Shown here: one piece after another, positions 20,311-25,492 of the stretch
How the letters are laid out: each line of letters starts with the position of its first letter
Numbering within the stretch: position 1 is the stretch's first letter
Source: Armatimonadota bacterium
Lineage (GTDB): Bacteria; Actinomycetota; Acidimicrobiia; Spongiisociales; UBA5794
Direction of reading: 5' to 3'
Length of the DNA stretch: 25,492 bases
NCBI GenBank assembly: GCA_008501565.1
Contig: QQUL01000260.1
Span: 1-25,492, forward strand
Made by a program: the position numbers and the translations under genes
Notes under the pieces: model-generated
What the model saw: only the letters and a program-made list of their open reading frames with translations
Told to the model about the DNA's origin: nothing
Databases searched by the model: none

Positions 20311-21753
20311 TCAGCTCACCAACGGCACGAAGAGGACGGAACCCTGACCGCGTGCGGCAGCCCACACCGCTATTCCGGGATTCCACTTTCCCACTCGCCC
20401 TGGTGGCATTGACACCACAAGCAGGCGGTCGGGCGCCATGACGGATGTGATCACGCGCACCGGATTGCCTCGAACAACGTGCCGTTCAACGTGGACATCC
20501 TGCACCGATGCCTCGCGACGCAACCAATCGGTTGCGTGCTTCCTGTCCATGAGGTCGTCCCTGCCCATGAACGTTGGATTTGCAACGGCCACCCCGATGA
20601 CCTTCGCCCCGGAGCGCCTCGCAATGTCGATCGCTGCACGCCCGGCCGCGTCGGAAGAAATCGTTCGGCGGGCCGGGGCAACGATGTGGTCGAACTGCAC
20701 ATCATCCCGCGTGAGGAGCACAGGGACCCCCGCCGAACTCAGCCCATTGAGGACTTTCGGGATGCCGCTGTAGGGCCGAAAGAACGAACGCTTCGGCAGG
20801 GGCGCCACGATCGCACCAACGCTCTCCTCGCTGGCAACATCGAGCCGTGCCAAGTAGGGATCGCCATCGACCGCACGGAGCTCAACCTCGACGCCCAACT
20901 CGTCGGGCGTCACACGCGCAACAAGGGCCTCCAACTCCTCCGCCGAAGCTGAGTTCTTGATGGAATCCGGGTTGCGATAGACCACGACGACACTTGCCGC
21001 ATTCGAGTTTCGAACGAAATGTGCGGCTTCTGCGACGGGACCCGCGAGGTCGGCTTGTGATGAAAGAGCGACGACGACCTTACGTCCGAAATTCAGCGGG
21101 AACCGCGACACGCCACCGGCGAATGTTCGCACCAGGAGGGAGAAATCAGCAGCGGATCCAACGATCGTCACGCGATCACCGGTGAGGAGTCGTGTACCGC
21201 CGTGCGGGACAACAAGCTTGCCATCACGAAGAATGGCGGCCACAACCCACAGATCCGAGTGGATCTCCTTGAGTGCCTTGCCCTGTACCGGTGAGTCGGG
21301 GGTGATCTCAAACTCGATCGCCTCGGCCTTTCCCGCAGAGAAAGTCGTCGAAGCCAGCTTTCGTGGCTCCATGACGATCTCCATGTCGCGGGCTGCAAGC
21401 GAGGAGGGAACGATGACCCGAACGCCCGCGGCTCGATATTCGTCGGACCGTTCAGGTACCCGTGCGAGCGCAACGATGTGTTCGGCGCCTGCATCAGCAG
21501 CGAGCTTTGCCACCTCGAGATTCACCTCGTCGGATCCTGCCGCGGCGACAACTGTCGCCGCACTGTCGATGCCGGCACTGCGAAGGGTTACCGCGCTCGA
21601 ACCATCGCCGTGGATGGTCTCGACGTCACGGACGCGCTTGACTGCCTCAAGACGGGCGACATCGGTGTCAATCACAACGATGTCCCAACTGTCTCCGAGG
21701 CGTCTGATCAACTCACGCGTGGTGGCGCCTGCTCCAACGACGACCGCTCTCAT
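20311..21753 (-). CDS. TrkA-type RCK_N + RCK_C protein fused to tandem USP-like domains
   Basis: ATG 21753 with a GGAGGA RBS; MRAVVVGAG (Rossmann), IHGDGS...LRSAGI, SPVQGKALKEI...AILRDGKLVVPHGGTRLLTGDRVTIVG (RCK_C). The C-half has KVVVALS, DHIVAPA and HVVRGNPVRVI, which look USP-like. Confidence 0.82.
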   Translation of the reverse strand: MRAVVVGAGATTRELIRRLGDSWDIVVIDTDVARLEAVKRVRDVETIHGDGSSAVTLRSAGIDSAATVVAAAGSDEVNLEVAKLAADAGAEHIVALARVPERSDEYRAAGVRVIVPSSLAARDMEIVMEPRKLASTTFSAGKAEAIEFEITPDSPVQGKALKEIHSDLWVVAAILRDGKLVVPHGGTRLLTGDRVTIVGSAADFSLLVRTFAGGVSRFPLNFGRKVVVALSSQADLAGPVAEAAHFVRNSNAASVVVVYRNPDSIKNSASAEELEALVARVTPDELGVEVELRAVDGDPYLARLDVASEESVGAIVAPLPKRSFFRPYSGIPKVLNGLSSAGVPVLLTRDDVQFDHIVAPARRTISSDAAGRAAIDIARRSGAKVIGVAVANPTFMGRDDLMDRKHATDWLRREASVQDVHVERHVVRGNPVRVITSVMAPDRLLVVSMPPGRVGKWNPGIAVWAAARGQGSVLFVPLVS

Positions 21754-21835
21754 GATCCTCCGATTTGGGGGCGATGTCGGGCCATTATGCCCGGTTTTGC
21801 CAAAACGACGTACCGATGGCTCTCGTGGTCGGTGT

Positions 21836-22873
21836 CTAGTGAGTCCGAAAACGCGGCGCCGGTGCAGGTCTGGTGCCGTGCGGAGCCTCCACGATTGCAC
21901 CGCGTTCCGCGTTGTGGGGGTGATTCTCTGCTTCGGCGATCGTGAGCACCGGCGTCACGCACGCATCAGTTCCATCAAAGACGGACTGCCAATCGTCACG
22001 CGAGCGCTGCCCGAACGCCGTGGCAAACGTTGATGCCAACGCTGGCCAATTCGCACGATCCATGCGATCGGGAATCGACTGCTCATCGAGACCGAGTCCC
22101 GCTACGAGCGCCGAATAGAACGCTGGTTCCAGAGCCCCAACGGCCACGAATCTCCCGTCTGCCGTTGCGTAGGTTCGATAGAACGGTGCACCACCGTCGA
22201 GAAGGTTGGCTTCACGCTCGTCTGTCCACGCGCCAGCGTTGTGTAGTGCTCGGATGGGTCCGAGGAGCGACGCTGCGCCATCAACCATCGCTACGTCGAT
22301 GACCTGCCCCACACCGGTTCGGTTCCGCTCGAAAAGCGCTGCGGTGACTCCTGCGACCGCAAACATGCCGCCTCCTCCGTAATCGCCGACGAGATTGAGC
22401 GGTGGTATCGGCCTGTCTTGTGTGCCGATGGCGTGGAGTGCACCGGTCAGTGCGACATAGTTGATGTCGTGTCCTGCCATCGACGAGTAGGTGCCGTCCT
22501 GACCCCATCCGGTCACACGGGCAACCACGAGTCGAGGATTCAGATCCAGGAGGATCTCGGGGCCGAGACCGAGGCGCTCGAGGGTCCCGGGTCGGAAGCC
22601 CTCAATCACGACGTCGGCCTCGCGAATGAGTTCAAGGGCCCGCCTGACCCCGCCATCGGTTTTGAGATCGATCGCGATGACTTGACCCGTACCGTTTGAT
22701 GTCGTGCCAAGCCCACCGGGAAGCTGATTTCCCCCTGGACGACTGATGCGTGTGATCGCAGCCCCCATGTCGGCGAGAATGCCGCAGGCAAACGGAACGG
22801 GCCCAATGGCTTCGAATGCAACGATCCTGACGCTGTCGAGGGGACCGCTTCGCTGGTCGCTCGGGCTGCTCAA
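21836..22873 (-). CDS. Family III CoA-transferase fold, alpha-methylacyl-CoA racemase-like (CaiB/BaiF)
   Basis: IGPVPFACGILADMGA, ADVVIEGFRPGTLERLGLGP, GHDINY and NLVGDYGGG carry the His/Asp pair of Mcr/AMACR. Probable TTG start at 22873 through a TTGA overlap. Confidence 0.9.
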   Translation of the reverse strand: MSSPSDQRSGPLDSVRIVAFEAIGPVPFACGILADMGAAITRISRPGGNQLPGGLGTTSNGTGQVIAIDLKTDGGVRRALELIREADVVIEGFRPGTLERLGLGPEILLDLNPRLVVARVTGWGQDGTYSSMAGHDINYVALTGALHAIGTQDRPIPPLNLVGDYGGGGMFAVAGVTAALFERNRTGVGQVIDVAMVDGAASLLGPIRALHNAGAWTDEREANLLDGGAPFYRTYATADGRFVAVGALEPAFYSALVAGLGLDEQSIPDRMDRANWPALASTFATAFGQRSRDDWQSVFDGTDACVTPVLTIAEAENHPHNAERGAIVEAPHGTRPAPAPRFRTH

Positions 22874-23796
22874 AGGGAGCACCAGCTCGTCACGAGAAGC
22901 TCGAGAAATCGCTCCCGGTCGACATCGAACATGACGGTTGCGTTCGGCTCGGATCCGTCGGTCCGTTCGTACGTATTGCCCATCTCATCATCATTCATGT
23001 ACTCCATCGCCACGGACATACGCCTCCCGGTGAACAGCGTCGGATCTATGAGATACGCAACCGCACAGGGGTCGTGCATCGGTGCACCCTCCCAGCCGTA
23101 CTTGTCCATGTCGTACTGCTGATAGAAGTCGATCATTCCCGCACATGCGTGCGCAACGACCGAATCGTGCTCGCGGAGTCGTGTGATCTGCGACGGTGGG
23201 AACAGCGCCTTGTGGGTCACGTCGAGGGGCAGGATCGTCATGTCGATACCGCTGTTGAACACGATGGCACCCGCGTGCGGATCGACAACGGCATTGAATT
23301 CTGCGAGCCGTGTGGTGTTGCCCGGCTCGTCGAACGCACCACCCATCCACACGATCTCACGGATCTTCGGGATGATTCGTCGTTCCTTGGCGATCGCCAT
23401 CCCGACATTCGTCAGAGGCCCAACCGGTACCAGGGTCACGGAGTTGTCGTCCGCGTCCATACACGTATCGATGATGTGATCGACACCATGCTTCGACTCG
23501 GCGGACCGTGCTGATGGCGGGATGTCGGCACCGTCGATGCCGGTGTCACCGTGGACATACTCAGCGGTGTACTGCTCGACGATCAAGGGAAGCTCGCAGC
23601 CCCGATAGACGGGAATGTCGTCACGCCCAACGAGCGACAGGAGAGCCAGCACGTTGTCCGTGACCCGGGGCTGTGGCACGTTCCCCGCAACCGAAACCAC
23701 CGAGTGGACTGAGATTTCGGGGGCAGCGAGCGCGAGGTAGAGAGCAAGGGCATCGTCCTGGCCGGGATCAGTGTCGAGAATGATCGATCGTGGCAT
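22870..23796 (-). CDS. Inosine-uridine-preferring nucleoside hydrolase family (Rih-like)
   Basis: Motifs DTDPGQDD, VAGN, VHG..G, GPLTN, AEFN and MHDP. Confidence 0.94.
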   Translation of the reverse strand: MPRSIILDTDPGQDDALALYLALAAPEISVHSVVSVAGNVPQPRVTDNVLALLSLVGRDDIPVYRGCELPLIVEQYTAEYVHGDTGIDGADIPPSARSAESKHGVDHIIDTCMDADDNSVTLVPVGPLTNVGMAIAKERRIIPKIREIVWMGGAFDEPGNTTRLAEFNAVVDPHAGAIVFNSGIDMTILPLDVTHKALFPPSQITRLREHDSVVAHACAGMIDFYQQYDMDKYGWEGAPMHDPCAVAYLIDPTLFTGRRMSVAMEYMNDDEMGNTYERTDGSEPNATVMFDVDRERFLELLVTSWCSL

Positions 23797-23797
23797 G

Positions 23798-25033
23798 TCA
23801 GCCGCCTTCGGTTGTGATCTTGAGCAGTGTGCCTGTCTGGGTCACGATGTATACCTCGCCGTCGCTGCCGGTGCCAAAACCAGTCGGGTTCCTCAGTGGA
23901 CCGACGCTCGGTGACCAGTCGACAACGACGCCGGATTTCGAGACGCTCCAGAGCCGACCCGAGCAGTAGTCGCTGTACATGAACTGCCCTCGAAGGCTCG
24001 GGATGAGGTCGCCTCGATAGACCACCCCGCCAGTGACTGAGCATCCGGCGTTGTGGGAGTACTCGGCGATCGGAAGCGTGAGGCCGTCCGCTTCGCAGCC
24101 AGAGCGGAAGCAGGACGATCCTTCCATGATTGGCCATCCGTAGTTGAGGTTCGGAATCGCTACCGAGGTGACGTTGACTTCTTCGACGTCGTTTTGCCCG
24201 ACGTCCGCAATCCACACATCGTCACCGTCGAAAGCAAAGCGCCATGGATTACGAAGACCGATCGCCCACACCTCCGGGGCACCTCCACTCCCATCTGCAT
24301 AAGGGTTGTCAGCCGGAATCCCATACCGCTCAACACCCTCGACACCCACAGCGATTCTCAGCATCGCGCCAAGCAGCGTGGTCGGGTCCTGCCCGTTCCC
24401 GAACCGGTCATTCGCAGCCCCACCGTCACCCATCCCTATCCACAGGTATCCATCGGGACCGAACGCGATCATTCCGCCGTTGTGGTTGCTCGCCGGCTGA
24501 TCAATCTCGAGGATGACTCTGCGAGAAGCCGTGTCGAAGACGCCATCGACGACTTCGAATTGTTCGACGATCGACTTCGGACCCTCGCCGACATAGGCCA
24601 CATAGGCAAGGTGGTTGGTCGCGTGTTGCGGATGGAATGCGAGGCCAAGCAACCCCTGTTCACCGCCGAAGACCACATCGCTTGAGATGACGAGCACAAC
24701 CTCGTGTCCAGCACCGTCCGCCTTGACAATCGTTCCGGTCTGCTCGACAACGAGATCCGACCCGCCTCCCGGGTCCGCAACAAGGAGCACGGGGTTGCTG
24801 AAACCGATGTCGATCTCCTCAACCCTGAGCGCCACATTCTCGAGAGGTATCGTGGTTGTGGTCGATGGCTCTGGTTGCGTCGTCGACGTGGTCGAAGTAC
24901 TCGGTGTGGTCGCCGCCGTCGTGACGACGGGGGGCTTGATGGTCGTACTCGTTTGACCACCCGGTACAGGGCTGGAGGTGCAGCTCACCACGGCGAGGCC
25001 AAGACCCACTACTGCGAATGCGAAGGGTTTCAC
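23798..25033 (-). CDS. PQQ-dependent glucose/sorbosone dehydrogenase family beta-propeller lipoprotein
   Basis: Signal peptide ending LAVVSC, Thr/Pro-rich linker, GEQGLLGLAFHP, NHNGGMIAFGPDGYLWIGMGDGG, GLRNPWRF, DVGQ..EE and NYGWP. Confidence 0.92.
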   Translation of the reverse strand: MKPFAFAVVGLGLAVVSCTSSPVPGGQTSTTIKPPVVTTAATTPSTSTTSTTQPEPSTTTTIPLENVALRVEEIDIGFSNPVLLVADPGGGSDLVVEQTGTIVKADGAGHEVVLVISSDVVFGGEQGLLGLAFHPQHATNHLAYVAYVGEGPKSIVEQFEVVDGVFDTASRRVILEIDQPASNHNGGMIAFGPDGYLWIGMGDGGAANDRFGNGQDPTTLLGAMLRIAVGVEGVERYGIPADNPYADGSGGAPEVWAIGLRNPWRFAFDGDDVWIADVGQNDVEEVNVTSVAIPNLNYGWPIMEGSSCFRSGCEADGLTLPIAEYSHNAGCSVTGGVVYRGDLIPSLRGQFMYSDYCSGRLWSVSKSGVVVDWSPSVGPLRNPTGFGTGSDGEVYIVTQTGTLLKITTEGG

Positions 25034-25038
25034 CGTGA

Positions 25039-25491
25039 CTATTCGTAGGCCTCGGATTCCTGCTTGGCTAGGAATTCGTAGATCTCGACCATGTCAACCC
25101 CGGGAATTGTTTCGACCGGCATCGCTGCGAGAACATGAGAATTGGGGCGAACCGATGGCCACGCGTGGCCGTTCCAACGCTCGGCCATGGATTCACTCAC
25201 CTGGCGGCAACAATCGCCGTCCGGGCACTTCGAAACACTTCGCCGCTCCGTGTTCCACCCGCGGAACCACTTCGCATCCTCAAACTTCGCGCCAACGGTG
25301 ATCGCCGAAACAGGATCACGCGTGGACTCAACAAAGGTTGCACACCAATATGTTCCCTGGGATGTATCGGTGTACTGATAGTGGATCGTGTATCTGGCTT
25401 CGGACGAGAAGGCCTGACGGGTCCCCCACTCTCGACAGAGGCGCTGACCTTCGATCGCTCCGGCAGAGTTCTTGGGAAAGGGAACTCCGTT
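25039..25491 (-). CDS. C-terminal part of a probable XRE-family (RamB/ScfR-related) transcriptional regulator; 5' end outside the window
   Basis: An open frame not in the ORF track: NGVPFPKNSAGAIEGQRLCREWGTRQAF...YQYTDTSQGTYWC...KWFRGW...SKCPDGDCCR...WPSVRPNSH...PGVDMVEIYEFL*. The Cys-rich C-terminus resembles actinobacterial HTH-XRE regulators I recall; the family is not verified. Confidence 0.65.
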   Translation of the reverse strand, partial: NGVPFPKNSAGAIEGQRLCREWGTRQAFSSEARYTIHYQYTDTSQGTYWCATFVESTRDPVSAITVGAKFEDAKWFRGWNTERRSVSKCPDGDCCRQVSESMAERWNGHAWPSVRPNSHVLAAMPVETIPGVDMVEIYEFLAKQESEAYE

Positions 25492-25492
25492 G

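Noticed and set aside
1-25492. Mobile elements, prophage or a defence island
   Set aside because: I found no transposase, integrase, terminal inverted repeats with target duplications, phage genes or obvious compositional shift. The gene content is core chromosomal.

Overview
A GC-rich, densely packed chromosomal window from an actinomycete. Gene style and synteny suggest Acidimicrobiia (inference). It is mostly housekeeping: rsmD-recG / rpmB / cold-shock-like gene / Lrp-RAM protein / ddl / orphan sensor kinase / fabI / membrane protein / TRAM-m5U RNA methyltransferase / bPH_2-SHOCT protein. A three-gene DNA-repair operon follows (stand-alone PD-(D/E)XK nuclease plus AdnA- and AdnB-like helicase-nucleases), then dtd, DUF368, a CPA2 antiporter with an RCK-USP partner, and a minus-strand cluster (XRE-type regulator fragment, PQQ-type sugar dehydrogenase lipoprotein, nucleoside hydrolase, methylacyl-CoA racemase-like CoA transferase). 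I see no mobile element, CRISPR array, tRNA or rRNA. The most striking part is the ~1.2 kb 'intergenic' stretch 9513-10717. On the minus strand it holds two tandem transcription units that appear non-coding (~275 and ~360 nt). Each has a 17-bp-spacer sigma70-type promoter, the same upstream GCGAAAAC-N12-GCGAAAAC motif at the same distance, many GNRA/UNCG hairpins and a homologous 3' terminator hairpin, and each is followed by an inverted pair of heptamer-repeat arrays. I cannot assign them to a known RNA family. Other notable signals: two PafBC/RecA-NDp-type leaderless promoters in the repair operon, complete 4-Cys Fe-S staples in all three nuclease domains, heptamer arrays ending in a -10-like hexamer just before ATGs, and an in-frame TAG at codon 3 of the cold-shock-like gene.
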